A DNA stretch of 64,000 bases from Hoeflea sp. (GCF_965204935.1 NZ_CBDBFO010000002.1), one strand, 5' to 3'; positions 35,570-46,029 are shown, numbered from the stretch's first letter. Made by a program: numbers and translations. Notes: generated by a model not told the origin, from the letters alone.

Positions 35570-37789
35570 ATGAATCGCATCACCGGATCGTCCTTTGTCC
35601 GCATCGCCCTGGCATCTCTCATGTCCTTCAGCTGGGTCGCGCACGGCTTCACCCAGTCGGCTTCCTCCGGCACCGGGCAACAGCAGCAGCAGCAACAAGC
35701 CGGGCAGGAGTGGCCGCGCAGCTTCGATTCGCCCGCCGGTGCGACGCTGACCTTGCACCAGCCTCAGGTCACCGAATGGAAGGACTTTTCAAAGCTGACG
35801 GCCCTCATCGCCAGTGAATACAGTCCAAAGGGCAGCAGCGATCCGGCCTATGGCGTCATCGAGGTGACCGCCGACACGGCCGCGGACCGGGAAAATGACG
35901 AGGTCACGCTCTCCAACATTGCGGTGGCCAACATCAATTTTTCCACCCTCGGGCGCGAGCAGCTCGCCGATACCTCGCTTGAGGTCGGAAAATTGCTGCC
36001 GACGGCGCCGATAACCGTCTCCCTCACCCGCCTCACGGCCAGTCTCGACAATTACGAGCGCCTTCAGGATGCGACAGGATTCGGCAGCGATGCCCCGGCG
36101 ATTTTCGTATCCGAGAAGCCGGCAATCCTCCTGCAGACCAACGGCAAGCCGACCACGGCGCCGGTCAAGGGCGCCGACGGGCTTGAATTCGTCATCAACA
36201 CGAACTGGGACATTTTGGCGACCGGCGATCCACTGACCTACTATCTGCGCATCGACGATTCCTGGGTCTCGTCCACCAACATTGAAGGCCCCTGGACCGC
36301 TGTCAGCGATCTGCCAGCCATCTTCAGCAAGCTTCCGGACGACGACAATTGGAAAGAGGCCCGCGCGGCGATGCCGCCGAAGGCCTTCACGGACGGTGTT
36401 CCGGCCGTCTACTACAGCGACAAGCCCGCCGAACTCGTTATCATCGACGGACAGCCGCAATTGCAGCCGATTGAGAACACCGATCTGCAATGGGTGTCGA
36501 ACGCCAATTCGGACCTGTTCTTCGACACAACCAACAACACCTGGTATTTCGTCGCGTCGGGCCGCTGGTTCAGCGCCACGGAACTGAAGGGACCATGGGC
36601 CTTCGCGTCAGAGAACCTGCCGGGCGATTTCCGCAATCTTCCAGATGGCCAGCCCTATTCTATTGTCCGCGCCTCCGTGCCCGGTACCTCGGAGAGCGAG
36701 GAAGCGCGGTTGCAGGCATCCATCCCGACCACGGCGCGCGTCAGCCGTACCGAAGTCTCCGTTGACGTCACCTATTTCGGCGATCCGAAATTCGAGCGCA
36801 TCGTCGGAACCGACATGGCCTACGCTGTCAACACCAATTTCACGGTCATCCGGATCGGCGACAAATATTTCGTTCTCTATAACGGCGTCTGGTTCGTCGG
36901 CGACACGCCGACCGGACCATTTGCCGTGGCCGATACCGTGCCGGACGACATCTACTCCATTCCGCCGTCCTCTCCGGTCTACAACGTAACCTATGTGCGT
37001 GTTTACGAGACCACCCCCGAATATGTGGTCTACGGCTACACTTCCGGCTATCTGTGGGCGTTCCTCGCCTGGGGCACGCTGATCTACGGAACCGGATGGT
37101 ATTACCCGCCATACTGGGTCTACCGCCCGGGCTATCCGCCGATCTACCGGCCGTGGCGGGTCACCTACGGTTCCGGCACCTATTACCTTCCGGGCCGCGG
37201 CACCTTCACCGCCCACTACGGCCGCGCCTACGGCCCCTATGGCGGCATTGCCGCCGGCGGCATCTACAACCAGAACACCGGCGCCTATATTCGCGGCGGC
37301 CGGGCCTGGGGTCCCTATAACAATGCCGGCTTCATCTCTGTGCGGGGTCCGGCAGGCAACCGCTACTGGGTCGCCGATATCAACGGCAATATCTACAAGT
37401 CCTGGGACCGGGGCGTGACGACGAACACCAGATGGTCGCGCGACAACATCAGGTCCAATGCGCAGGACCGCTGGCAAAAGCGCGACACGGGCGCCGTCTC
37501 AAAGGCGCGCAAGGACGACCTCTTCGCCAATCGCGACGGCCAGGTCTTCCGCAAGGAGAGCGGCGAGTGGAAGCAGCACAACAAGGGCGAATGGAAATCC
37601 ATTCGCTCACGCGAATCCGGATCGAACCGCTCCGAACAGCGCATACAGGAACTGCGGCAGTCTCTCGACCGGCAGCGCGTATCGCGTGATCGCGGCGTCC
37701 AGCGCCTTGAATCGCGGCGCCAGATCGAAAGGGGCGGCCGCAGCGAGCTGCAGCGTCCGACAACCCGTCGTTTCCAGCGCCGGCGATAG
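35570..37789 (+). CDS. Large secreted protein of unknown function with a Gln tract, three ~100-aa repeats, a Tyr/Gly/Pro/Trp-rich segment and an Arg-rich tail
   Basis: AAGGAG lies 7 nt upstream of the ATG at 35570. Signal peptide MNRITGSSFVRIALASLMSFSWVAHG. See the findings for the repeat structure. Confidence 0.65.
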   Translation: MNRITGSSFVRIALASLMSFSWVAHGFTQSASSGTGQQQQQQQAGQEWPRSFDSPAGATLTLHQPQVTEWKDFSKLTALIASEYSPKGSSDPAYGVIEVTADTAADRENDEVTLSNIAVANINFSTLGREQLADTSLEVGKLLPTAPITVSLTRLTASLDNYERLQDATGFGSDAPAIFVSEKPAILLQTNGKPTTAPVKGADGLEFVINTNWDILATGDPLTYYLRIDDSWVSSTNIEGPWTAVSDLPAIFSKLPDDDNWKEARAAMPPKAFTDGVPAVYYSDKPAELVIIDGQPQLQPIENTDLQWVSNANSDLFFDTTNNTWYFVASGRWFSATELKGPWAFASENLPGDFRNLPDGQPYSIVRASVPGTSESEEARLQASIPTTARVSRTEVSVDVTYFGDPKFERIVGTDMAYAVNTNFTVIRIGDKYFVLYNGVWFVGDTPTGPFAVADTVPDDIYSIPPSSPVYNVTYVRVYETTPEYVVYGYTSGYLWAFLAWGTLIYGTGWYYPPYWVYRPGYPPIYRPWRVTYGSGTYYLPGRGTFTAHYGRAYGPYGGIAAGGIYNQNTGAYIRGGRAWGPYNNAGFISVRGPAGNRYWVADINGNIYKSWDRGVTTNTRWSRDNIRSNAQDRWQKRDTGAVSKARKDDLFANRDGQVFRKESGEWKQHNKGEWKSIRSRESGSNRSEQRIQELRQSLDRQRVSRDRGVQRLESRRQIERGGRSELQRPTTRRFQRRR

Positions 37790-37805
37790 GCGCGTATTCC
37801 CCAAT

Positions 37806-37826
37806 CCGCCCCGTCAATCGGGGCGG
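37806..37826 (+). terminator. Hairpin downstream of the secreted-protein gene, with a weak distal T-run
   Basis: CCGCCCCG-TCAAT-CGGGGCGG, 17 nt after the stop at 37789. Confidence 0.35.
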
Positions 37827-37968
37827 CTCGGCGGAAATTTTGCGGCGGCTGAAGCCGGTTAATCCCGCAATCCCCGTTATCCACAGGCAGACCGCACTTT
37901 GTGCGCTGTCAATGCTATCCTAGTTTCGAATCACTCTCGCTTGCATCGTCGTCAAGGGGGTCCTCGCC

Positions 37969-38913
37969 ATGACGGAATACCAGGTAGCGATCATCGGCGG
38001 CGGACCGGCTGGTTTGGCGGCTGCATTGACATTGTCGCGGTCGATGATGCGCACCATTGTCTTTGATTCGCCCATTCCGGCAAGGAACGCGGCGTCGCCG
38101 CATGTTGCAGCCTTTCCGTCCATGGACATGGCCAAGCCGCAGGACGTTCGCGACAGCATTGCTGAAAATATCCGTGCCTATGGTTACGCGGAACTGAAGT
38201 CAGCGGAGATAGCCGAGGTTTCAGAGGACAATGACGGGTTTGTCCTGTCCTCCCAGGGCGGGTCGTCCTTCCGTGCCAAGAGACTGCTGATGACGACGGG
38301 GATGGTCGATCTCTATCCGAGTATCGAGGGTCTCAAGCAGCGCTGGGGCACCTCGGTCATCAATTGCCCGTTCTGCCACGGCTACGAGCTCAGGAACCAG
38401 TCCTGGGGCGTGTATGTGCACCGGCCCGAGATCCTCGCCGCCGCGGAGATTTATCGCAACTGGACCGACGACCTCGTCATGTTCATCGAGCCCGGCATAG
38501 ACGTCGCGCCTGAGCGCGCCGAGGCGATCGAGGCGCTCGGCATCCGGCTGATTCCGGGCCGGATCGAAGCGCTCGAGGGTGACGGCGCAAAGCTCTCCGA
38601 GGTCGTTTTGCGCTCCGGCCGCCGGGTACCGCGCGATGTGCTTCTCGTCTGGCCGCATCAGACACAGGGCGAGTTGGTGAAATCGCTTGATCTGCCGCTC
38701 AGCGATGACGGCTATGTCAAGATCGACGAGTGCTACCGCAGCGGCCGGCGCGGCATCTACGCCGCCGGTGACCTGACCTATGGCGGACACCAGAACACCA
38801 ACACGGCAATCCATATGGGCAACATGGCCGCCGCTTGGCTTGTCTTTGACCTGTGCCAGTCTCGCGCCAGGGAGGAAATCAATCCGGAGGACCGGATCGA
38901 GGCGGCCCAGTAG
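37969..38913 (+). CDS. NAD(P)/FAD-dependent oxidoreductase, thioredoxin-reductase-like
   Basis: GGGPAG dinucleotide-binding motif at the N-terminus, a CPFC redox-type motif and the terminal AAGD FAD motif. Confidence 0.8.
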   Translation: MTEYQVAIIGGGPAGLAAALTLSRSMMRTIVFDSPIPARNAASPHVAAFPSMDMAKPQDVRDSIAENIRAYGYAELKSAEIAEVSEDNDGFVLSSQGGSSFRAKRLLMTTGMVDLYPSIEGLKQRWGTSVINCPFCHGYELRNQSWGVYVHRPEILAAAEIYRNWTDDLVMFIEPGIDVAPERAEAIEALGIRLIPGRIEALEGDGAKLSEVVLRSGRRVPRDVLLVWPHQTQGELVKSLDLPLSDDGYVKIDECYRSGRRGIYAAGDLTYGGHQNTNTAIHMGNMAAAWLVFDLCQSRAREEINPEDRIEAAQ

Positions 38914-38941
38914 GCGCGAGCGCGCCGCCGGACGCCGGCAC

Positions 38942-40258
38942 TCAGCCCATCTGACTGGGCAGATAAAGCGCCAGCGCCGGTATCCCCACCAACAGAGCCA
39001 GCCGGAAGATGTCGGCAATCCAGAACGGCGTGACGCCTCTGAAGATGGTGCTCGTCGGCACATCACCGACCACGCCCTTGAGCACGAAGACATTCATGCC
39101 GACCGGCGGTGTGATCAGGCTGATTTCCGTCACCACGACAACGACGACGCCGAACCAGACCGGATCGAAACCGAGATCGCGCACGAGCGGAAAGAAGATC
39201 GGCACGGTCAAAAGCAGCATCGACAGGCTTTCGAAAATGCAGCCGAGACCGATATAGATCAGAAGGATCAGGACCATCACCACCCAGGGCGACACGGAAT
39301 AGGCGGTAACGGCGCCGAGCAGCGCCTCGGGCAGTCCGGCGATATTGACGAAGTTCGAGAATATCCACGCCCCGATCAGCACGCTGAACAGCGAAGCCGT
39401 GGTGAAAGCGGTCTCCCGCAGCACCTCGAGCGTATCACGGACGCTCAGATTGCCACGTGACAGCGCAATCAGGAACGCGCCCGCAGCGCCCATGCCGGCG
39501 GCCTCGGTTGGTGAAAACGCGATATGGATCGGCCAGAAGTCGAGCGCGCCGTAAAGACCGCCGATCACCAGGAAGAACAGGAACAGAACCGCCCAGACGC
39601 CCTTGAGGGCCGCGACCCGGTCACGCCAGACCGTGCGCTGTCCCGCGGGTCCTGCGTCCGGGTTGCGGGTGACGGTGAAGGCCACCGCGCACAGATAGAA
39701 AACAACACCGAGGATCCCCGGTATGATGCCGGCAATGAACAGCTTGCCGATGGAGGTTTCCGTCAACAGGCCGTAGATAACCAGGATAACGGATGGCGGG
39801 ATCAGGATGCCGAGCGTGCCGCCGGCGGCGATCGAGGCGGTCGAAAGACTGTCCGCATAGCCGTATTTGCGCATCTGCGGCATGGCGACCTTCGACATGG
39901 TCGCCGCCGTTGCAAGCGACGAGCCGCAAACCGCCGCAAATCCGCCGCAGGCGACGATGGTGGCCATGGCGAGGCCGCCGCGCAGGTGACCGAGAAAGGC
40001 GTAGGACACCTGGTAGAGCTCGCGGCTGATGCCGCCCTTGTTTACAAACAGCCCCATCAGGATGAAAAGCGGCACGACACTGAGGCCGTAATCCTGGCTC
40101 GCATCGATGATGAGCCGCGCAACCATCGAGATCGCGCCGCGATAGCTGGTCTCCATCCAGTAGCCGATCATCCCCACAAGGCCCATGGCAAAGGCGATCG
40201 GAATGCGCAGCAGCACGAGGAAGAGGACAGCGGCGAATCCGATTCCCGCTTCAAGCAT
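38942..40258 (-). CDS. TRAP transporter large permease, DctM family
   Basis: 438-aa polytopic protein of typical DctM length and pattern. Overlaps the DctQ-like gene. Confidence 0.9.
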   Translation of the reverse strand: MLEAGIGFAAVLFLVLLRIPIAFAMGLVGMIGYWMETSYRGAISMVARLIIDASQDYGLSVVPLFILMGLFVNKGGISRELYQVSYAFLGHLRGGLAMATIVACGGFAAVCGSSLATAATMSKVAMPQMRKYGYADSLSTASIAAGGTLGILIPPSVILVIYGLLTETSIGKLFIAGIIPGILGVVFYLCAVAFTVTRNPDAGPAGQRTVWRDRVAALKGVWAVLFLFFLVIGGLYGALDFWPIHIAFSPTEAAGMGAAGAFLIALSRGNLSVRDTLEVLRETAFTTASLFSVLIGAWIFSNFVNIAGLPEALLGAVTAYSVSPWVVMVLILLIYIGLGCIFESLSMLLLTVPIFFPLVRDLGFDPVWFGVVVVVVTEISLITPPVGMNVFVLKGVVGDVPTSTIFRGVTPFWIADIFRLALLVGIPALALYLPSQMG

Positions 40259-40757
40259 CGCTGTCTTCCAGGAGCTTTGGCGCGAACAGCATCAATGTGC
40301 CGCGCACGAGAAGCACGAAGGCCGTAAGGTACGTCATGATGGCGATGAACCAGCCGATATAGAATTGCGGAATGTTGAGATATTCGGTGAGGTCACCGTA
40401 GGAACGGGCTCTCTCGGCAAGAACCAGAACCCGCTCGGCGGGCAGCACCAGCATGGCGCCGCAGATCAGCGAAATCGCCGCATCGCGGATACGCTCGACG
40501 AGAGCGCTGCGGTAGAACGGATCGAGCAGATCGACGACGATGTGGCCGCCGCGAACCGAGAGCACCGGAAGCACCGAGAAGACGACGATCGCCATCAGCA
40601 TGCGCGTCAGTTCCGTGGCCGCTTCGATCGGGGCGTTGAAGGCGGAGCGCAAGATGACGTCGGCGAAGGTCATCGCCATGAGAATGAAGAGCGCGGCGCA
40701 CGCCAGGAGCACCGGAATTTGCGTGAGACGCCTGGCCCAGCGCACGGTTGTGCTCAT
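40251..40757 (-). CDS. TRAP transporter small permease, DctQ family
   Basis: About 168 aa with 4 TM helices, positioned between the DctP- and DctM-like genes. The ATG at 40757 is preferred over the GTG at 40784. Confidence 0.8.
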   Translation of the reverse strand: MSTTVRWARRLTQIPVLLACAALFILMAMTFADVILRSAFNAPIEAATELTRMLMAIVVFSVLPVLSVRGGHIVVDLLDPFYRSALVERIRDAAISLICGAMLVLPAERVLVLAERARSYGDLTEYLNIPQFYIGWFIAIMTYLTAFVLLVRGTLMLFAPKLLEDSDA

Positions 40758-40854
40758 CCTGATTTCCCCGAAAGATCCTTCCACGGTCCCGGACGGCGCG
40801 GCAGGAAACCGCGCCGCCTGTGGTCTGCGAACGGCATGTCGCCGTCAGGCCGGT

Positions 40855-41871
40855 CTAGTTGGCCGACATTTCCTTCTGGATCATGTCGTGGGCGGCCTTG
40901 GCATCGACACCCTTGTCGGAAAGCTCGGAGAGCACATTCGTCGTAACCTTGTCGATGATCGGCTGATAGGCGGCAACATCCGCCTCCGACGCAATCTTGA
41001 TCGAATTGTCGTCCGCGGCCTTGGTCACAGAGATGCCCTCGCTGTCGATCTGGTCCCAGGCCTTGCCCAGCATCCGGCTGGCAACCTCACCGAAGACATC
41101 GTTCTCGAGCGCCGCCTTGACATCGTCGGGCAGCTCGTCGAAGGCCTCCTGGTTCATGATGACGGCGAACGAGCCGCGGTAGAAGCCGCCGGGCATCTCG
41201 TAGACGTTCTTGGCAACTTCGGTCAGTTTGAACCCCTTGCGCGATTCCATCGGCATGGCAACGGCATCCGCTGCGCCGGACGCCAGGGTCTCGTAGACTT
41301 TCGGGGCCGGCACACGGATGCCCACGAGGCCGAGTTCGGTGCCGACATCTCCGGCGACACCGCCGCCGATGCGGGTCTTCAGGCCGTCGAGATCGGCAAG
41401 CGAACCGACATCCGAGTTGGTGTGCATTTGACCCGGCCCATGGGTGTGCAGGGCAAGCAGCTTGACGCCCTTGTGCTCGTCGAGCGGCGCCAGGTGCTTT
41501 TCATGCACCCGCCAATAGGCGACCGACGCCTGCTCGGCATTGCCCTCGTAACCGGGCAGCTCGATCAATTTGGTGCCGACGAAACGGCCGGGCTGATAGC
41601 CGTGGAAGATCACGGCCATGTCCGCCGCGCCATCGATAACGAGGTCCATCAGCGCCGGTGGCGGTGCAAGGCCGTATTTGATCTCGGCGGTGACTTTCCC
41701 GTCGGACGCTTCTTCCATCATCTTGATCATGTTCGGCCACATGATCGCGTTAAGTCCATGCGTCGGCGGCGCCCAGCCGGCGATGGTGAAATTGTAATCC
41801 GCTGCCAGTGCGCCGGCGGTCGCACTGACGCAAATTGCCGCGGAGGCGGCAAGCTTGAAGAAACTGTTCAC
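40855..41871 (-). CDS. TRAP transporter substrate-binding protein, DctP family
   Basis: GTG start at 41871 preceded by GGGAGGA. Signal peptide VNSFFKLAASAAICVSATAGALA. DctP-like size. Confidence 0.85.
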   Translation of the reverse strand: MNSFFKLAASAAICVSATAGALAADYNFTIAGWAPPTHGLNAIMWPNMIKMMEEASDGKVTAEIKYGLAPPPALMDLVIDGAADMAVIFHGYQPGRFVGTKLIELPGYEGNAEQASVAYWRVHEKHLAPLDEHKGVKLLALHTHGPGQMHTNSDVGSLADLDGLKTRIGGGVAGDVGTELGLVGIRVPAPKVYETLASGAADAVAMPMESRKGFKLTEVAKNVYEMPGGFYRGSFAVIMNQEAFDELPDDVKAALENDVFGEVASRMLGKAWDQIDSEGISVTKAADDNSIKIASEADVAAYQPIIDKVTTNVLSELSDKGVDAKAAHDMIQKEMSAN

Positions 41872-42344
41872 GTGTATCCTCCCTTTCGCGGACCCTGGCA
41901 CCTCCTGCCTGCCGGCCCGCATGACGCGCCCTCTTTTTGAGGGCATTGTTGTTACGCTAACCCATAAAAAGTCCCAAGAACAGCCACCATTGCTACCCGT
42001 GGCCACGGGTCAGAGGCAAAGGTACAGCCGGCTCCGTCCGCCATGCGGACAGCAAATGAAGAGCCCCTTTGAGGCGGCGTATTGGTGCGTTCCGGGCCGT
42101 CGGGTTGTCAATCAGATGACATTGATGTGGCCGATCGAACTTTTCGATAACTTTCGATTCACCCACAATTGAACCTGTTGTAGCGCTTTTTGTACGTCTG
42201 GACTTTTCGTCCGGCTCACAGTGTGCCAATAGTTCCAGCTAGCGGTTCTGGCGATTAGGGGAACAGGCCGGTTGACAAGGAAAACAAACATATGAGCGGC
42301 ATTGTCGGCTCGAAACCAACTGTCCTCATTCAACCGGATATCGT

Positions 42345-44585
42345 ATGACGGGCGAAATCTCCGGAATCCAGCGCAGGGCAATATCCGGATTCGGCCTGGA
42401 TTATCCGGGTCTGTTCGCGGTGCGTTGGCCGATCGTTTCAGCCATTCTCATATGCATTGTTGTTGCCACGACGATTGTCTCGATGAACCACATACGGTTC
42501 GATGATGACATCGAACGCAGCATGTCTTCGGACAGCATCCATGCCAACAATTACCGGCAGTTCGAACGGACGATGGGTGCGCGGACGACGGATTTCATCG
42601 TCCTGGTTTCATCCGATACGGACTTTACGCCGGAGGACCTCAACCAGCTTCGCGAGATGACACTCGACCTTGCGCTGCTGGACGACGTGCTGACCGTGCT
42701 GTCGCCCTTTTCGGCGAGGTTTTCAAGAAACCATCCGCTCTATGCGGGCGAACCCGTCTTTCCCGATGACATAACGCAAACCACGCTGACGGATCGTTTG
42801 CAGGCTTACCGCTCGGGAGCGGCGAACCAGCCGTCGATGTTGGCAGACGACAATCGCACGATTCTCGTCTCTGTTTCCGTGGACCCGGCGGTCGACCGGG
42901 CCGGCCAGCGGCAGATGTACCGCGAGATCAGTGACATGGTCGACTCCTATGTGAGTGACCGTTTCACCCATGCCGTCACCGGTGAAGATGCGATCGCCTT
43001 TGAAATTGTCGGCGGTATGAGAAGCGATCTCATTACGCTCAACGCGATCGGATGCATGTTCGCGCTCATCATTGCATTTCTGGTTTTCGGCAATCTCCTC
43101 ACCGCGCTGACCGCAATCATCCCCGCGGTTTTCGGAGCAATGTCATCCATTGCCCTGTTTCCGTTGCTTGGGCTTCCGGTCACGGTCATGAGCAACACGA
43201 TACCTGTCCTCGTCCTTGTTCTCGGACTTGCGGACAGCATCCATCTGGTCATGCATTACCTGAAGACGTCGGCGGATCTGCCGGTCAAGGAGCGAACCGC
43301 GATCAGCGTGCGGGATATCGGTCCGGCCTGCGGCCTGACGGCCGTCACCACGGCAATTGCCTTTGCCGCGGTCGCGACGGTGGACAATGTGCCGCTGCGC
43401 GAGTTCGCCTTGATCGGCGCTCTCGGCGTCATGCTCTCCTATGTCGTCGTCATCATGACCTTTGCGGTGATGGCCCCGGTGGCCATCGGACACAAGAGCC
43501 GCAGCGGCAAATCCGAATGGTTGAGGGTTCCCTCGATCTTCCGCCAGCTGGTCTTTTCCAGGGGCCGGGGTGTTGTGATTGTCAGCGCGATTATCGCCGT
43601 AGCCAGCATCTGGGGATTCTGGCGCACCGAGCCCTGGTATCATTTCGACGGTTATCTGCCGGCGGACAGCGAGATCCGGCAGGCCAATGCGCACATCAAC
43701 CAGACCTTCGGCGGCTTTTTCCCGATCTGGCACGAAATGTCGATGGAAGGCGAGGAAGAGACAGATAATGACTGGGCGCGCCTGACGGCCCTCAACGATG
43801 CCGTTGCCTCGGCCGCGCCCGAATATGCGGTTGTTTCGCTGGTCACCATCGCAAGATGGTTGGGTGAACCGGAAACCATGCCGCAACGCGACGAGCTCAC
43901 CGAACTTCCGCAGAACATAATGACACAGCTGCTTTCTCCCGACGGAAAAATCGCGCGTGTCGTCACCTTTGCGCCCGAGCCGATGGCCAGCCGGCAGACG
44001 CTCGAGACCCATGACCGCATCGAACAAACCGCGCGCGAGGCCGGCGCCGTGCGAACCGTTGGTTTCCCGGTCATCCTGCGGCATGAGCCGGTTGTTGTCA
44101 TCGGCCAGCTCGGCCTCAGTCTTGTCGCTGCCTGTATACTCGCGATCCTGGTCGTTGCGGCCGCCTTCCGTTGGCCGGCGCTGTTTCTGGTGCTGATCAT
44201 TCCCAACACGCTGCCGTTGTTCGTAACAGCATCCGCGCTGCACGTGCTCACAGGCGGCCTGCTCAACCCGACGGCCATGATGGCGCTGACGATTGCCTTC
44301 GGAATTGCCATCGACGACTGCATTCACTTCATCAACCGGTACCGCCTTGAGCGCACGAACGGCCACACCGTCGACGAGTCGCTTGAATTCGCCATCAACC
44401 GCACCGGCCGGGTGATGATCGCAACGACGCTTCTGATCTCCGGCGGCCTGCTCGTCACGCTGCTTAGCCCCTTCATCATGGTTCGTTTGTTTGGCATTAT
44501 GCTAATCCTGACTTTCATCACGGCGCTTGTTGCGGACCTGCTTCTCCTGCCGGTCCTGATGCGCCTGAAATGGGTACGCTCATGA
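42345..44585 (+). CDS. RND-superfamily / MMPL-type exporter
   Basis: 746 aa. Two blocks of about 6 TM helices, each preceded by a large soluble loop. No membrane-fusion or outer-membrane partner gene is adjacent. Confidence 0.8.
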   Translation: MTGEISGIQRRAISGFGLDYPGLFAVRWPIVSAILICIVVATTIVSMNHIRFDDDIERSMSSDSIHANNYRQFERTMGARTTDFIVLVSSDTDFTPEDLNQLREMTLDLALLDDVLTVLSPFSARFSRNHPLYAGEPVFPDDITQTTLTDRLQAYRSGAANQPSMLADDNRTILVSVSVDPAVDRAGQRQMYREISDMVDSYVSDRFTHAVTGEDAIAFEIVGGMRSDLITLNAIGCMFALIIAFLVFGNLLTALTAIIPAVFGAMSSIALFPLLGLPVTVMSNTIPVLVLVLGLADSIHLVMHYLKTSADLPVKERTAISVRDIGPACGLTAVTTAIAFAAVATVDNVPLREFALIGALGVMLSYVVVIMTFAVMAPVAIGHKSRSGKSEWLRVPSIFRQLVFSRGRGVVIVSAIIAVASIWGFWRTEPWYHFDGYLPADSEIRQANAHINQTFGGFFPIWHEMSMEGEEETDNDWARLTALNDAVASAAPEYAVVSLVTIARWLGEPETMPQRDELTELPQNIMTQLLSPDGKIARVVTFAPEPMASRQTLETHDRIEQTAREAGAVRTVGFPVILRHEPVVVIGQLGLSLVAACILAILVVAAAFRWPALFLVLIIPNTLPLFVTASALHVLTGGLLNPTAMMALTIAFGIAIDDCIHFINRYRLERTNGHTVDESLEFAINRTGRVMIATTLLISGGLLVTLLSPFIMVRLFGIMLILTFITALVADLLLLPVLMRLKWVRS

Positions 44586-45079
44586 ACAAGCTGTTTATCG
44601 CATTCTTTGTCTGTCTGTTTCCTCTCAGCTCCGCCTGGGCGGTCGACTCGCTCGAATTGCTGTCGGGCAAGTGGACGGGCACCGGCTGGGCCCGTCAGGC
44701 GGCCGATTCCGAACGGGAATCCGTACGCTGCAGGGTAACGGGCACCTACCGCAAGGACATCGACCGCATCACGCTGTCCGGCAAATGCGCCTCGCCCGGC
44801 AGGACCGGCCGCATAGACGCATTTGTCGAACCGCTCGACAAGCCGGGCCGCTTCACCGGGCGCTGGTCGAATCCCTTCGGCGCCGGCAGCACGATGGTCG
44901 ACGGTGTGAGCCGCGACAACACCATCACCTTCCGCTACTCTGTCCGTGATCCGAAGACGGAGGAAAGGTCCAACGGCATCATGTTGTGGACCATCGCGCC
45001 CGACCGCTTCGCCATCGCATCGGCCGATGCCGACGCCGCGACACCGGTCACGCTCAGCGAGATAGAGTTCAGCCGCTAG
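44582..45079 (+). CDS. Small secreted protein of unknown function, translationally coupled to the RND gene
   Basis: ATGA start/stop overlap. Signal peptide MNKLFIAFFVCLFPLSSAWA. An alternative ATG exists at 44570. Confidence 0.55.
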   Translation: MNKLFIAFFVCLFPLSSAWAVDSLELLSGKWTGTGWARQAADSERESVRCRVTGTYRKDIDRITLSGKCASPGRTGRIDAFVEPLDKPGRFTGRWSNPFGAGSTMVDGVSRDNTITFRYSVRDPKTEERSNGIMLWTIAPDRFAIASADADAATPVTLSEIEFSR

Positions 45080-45091
45080 CGCAATTCGGAA

Positions 45092-46009
45092 CTACTCCCG
45101 ATCCAGGCCGCCATCGGCTGCGGCATCGATGATCTGCTCGCGCATCCATTTCTGCATGGCGGAGCGGTGCGTGCGCATGGTCCAGAACATGTCGACCTCG
45201 AGCGATACCTCGAACGGCAGGGGGCGGCGCACGATCCGGTTGGAAAACTTCTCGGCCAGCCGGTTCGGTGCCGTCGCGATCAGGTCTGTATCGGCGATGC
45301 AGTTTTCCAGATCGCCATATTCGGTCAGTTCGAAAACCTTGTCGATGGATCCGCCCCGCGCATCGAGCGCATCGAGATAAAATGGCCGCCAGTTTCCCAT
45401 ATAGGTGACGACCACATGTTTGGCCGACTGATAGGACTCGAAGTCGAAAGCCCCGGAAGCCAGAGGGTTGTTCCGGTCCATGATGCAGACATAGTGATCC
45501 ATGCCGATCTTGCGCTTGTAGAGCTGCTCGCCGGAAATCTGTACCGGGCCCAGCAATATGTCGCACTCGCCGCGCTTGAGCTGTTCCTCGCCGACGGCGG
45601 ATGAACTCAGCACCCGCATGTTGATGCCCGGTGAAAGCCGCCGCATGCGGCCGATAAGATGCGGCAGGATCGTGACCCTTTCCCAGTGGTTGCAAGAGAG
45701 TGTGACCAACCCGCGAGCGGTCGCGGGATCGAATGTCTGGCGTCGCGCCACACCTTGAAACTCCTCGAGGAACTTTGCCGCATGCTCAACAATCACCCGG
45801 CACCTGTCCGTCGCCGCGACGCCGTTTCCCTCGCGCACGAAGAGCGGGTCGTCAAACACCTTTCGCAACCTTGCGATCGTGTAGCTGACGGTTGACTGGT
45901 TCTGCCCGAGCCGATGCGCCGCCTTGGAGAAGGAACCGAATTCATGGACATATTGCAGGGTCCGAAGTGCCGCGAAATCGACTTTGAGGATGTCGCGTTG
46001 ATCCATCAT
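45092..46009 (-). CDS. LysR-family transcriptional regulator
   Basis: HTH LRTLQYVHEFGSFSKAAHRLGQNQSTVSYTIARLR. Divergent from the P450 gene. Confidence 0.85.
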   Translation of the reverse strand: MMDQRDILKVDFAALRTLQYVHEFGSFSKAAHRLGQNQSTVSYTIARLRKVFDDPLFVREGNGVAATDRCRVIVEHAAKFLEEFQGVARRQTFDPATARGLVTLSCNHWERVTILPHLIGRMRRLSPGINMRVLSSSAVGEEQLKRGECDILLGPVQISGEQLYKRKIGMDHYVCIMDRNNPLASGAFDFESYQSAKHVVVTYMGNWRPFYLDALDARGGSIDKVFELTEYGDLENCIADTDLIATAPNRLAEKFSNRIVRRPLPFEVSLEVDMFWTMRTHRSAMQKWMREQIIDAAADGGLDRE

Positions 46010-46029
46010 CCGGGCTCCCCAGCATCACG

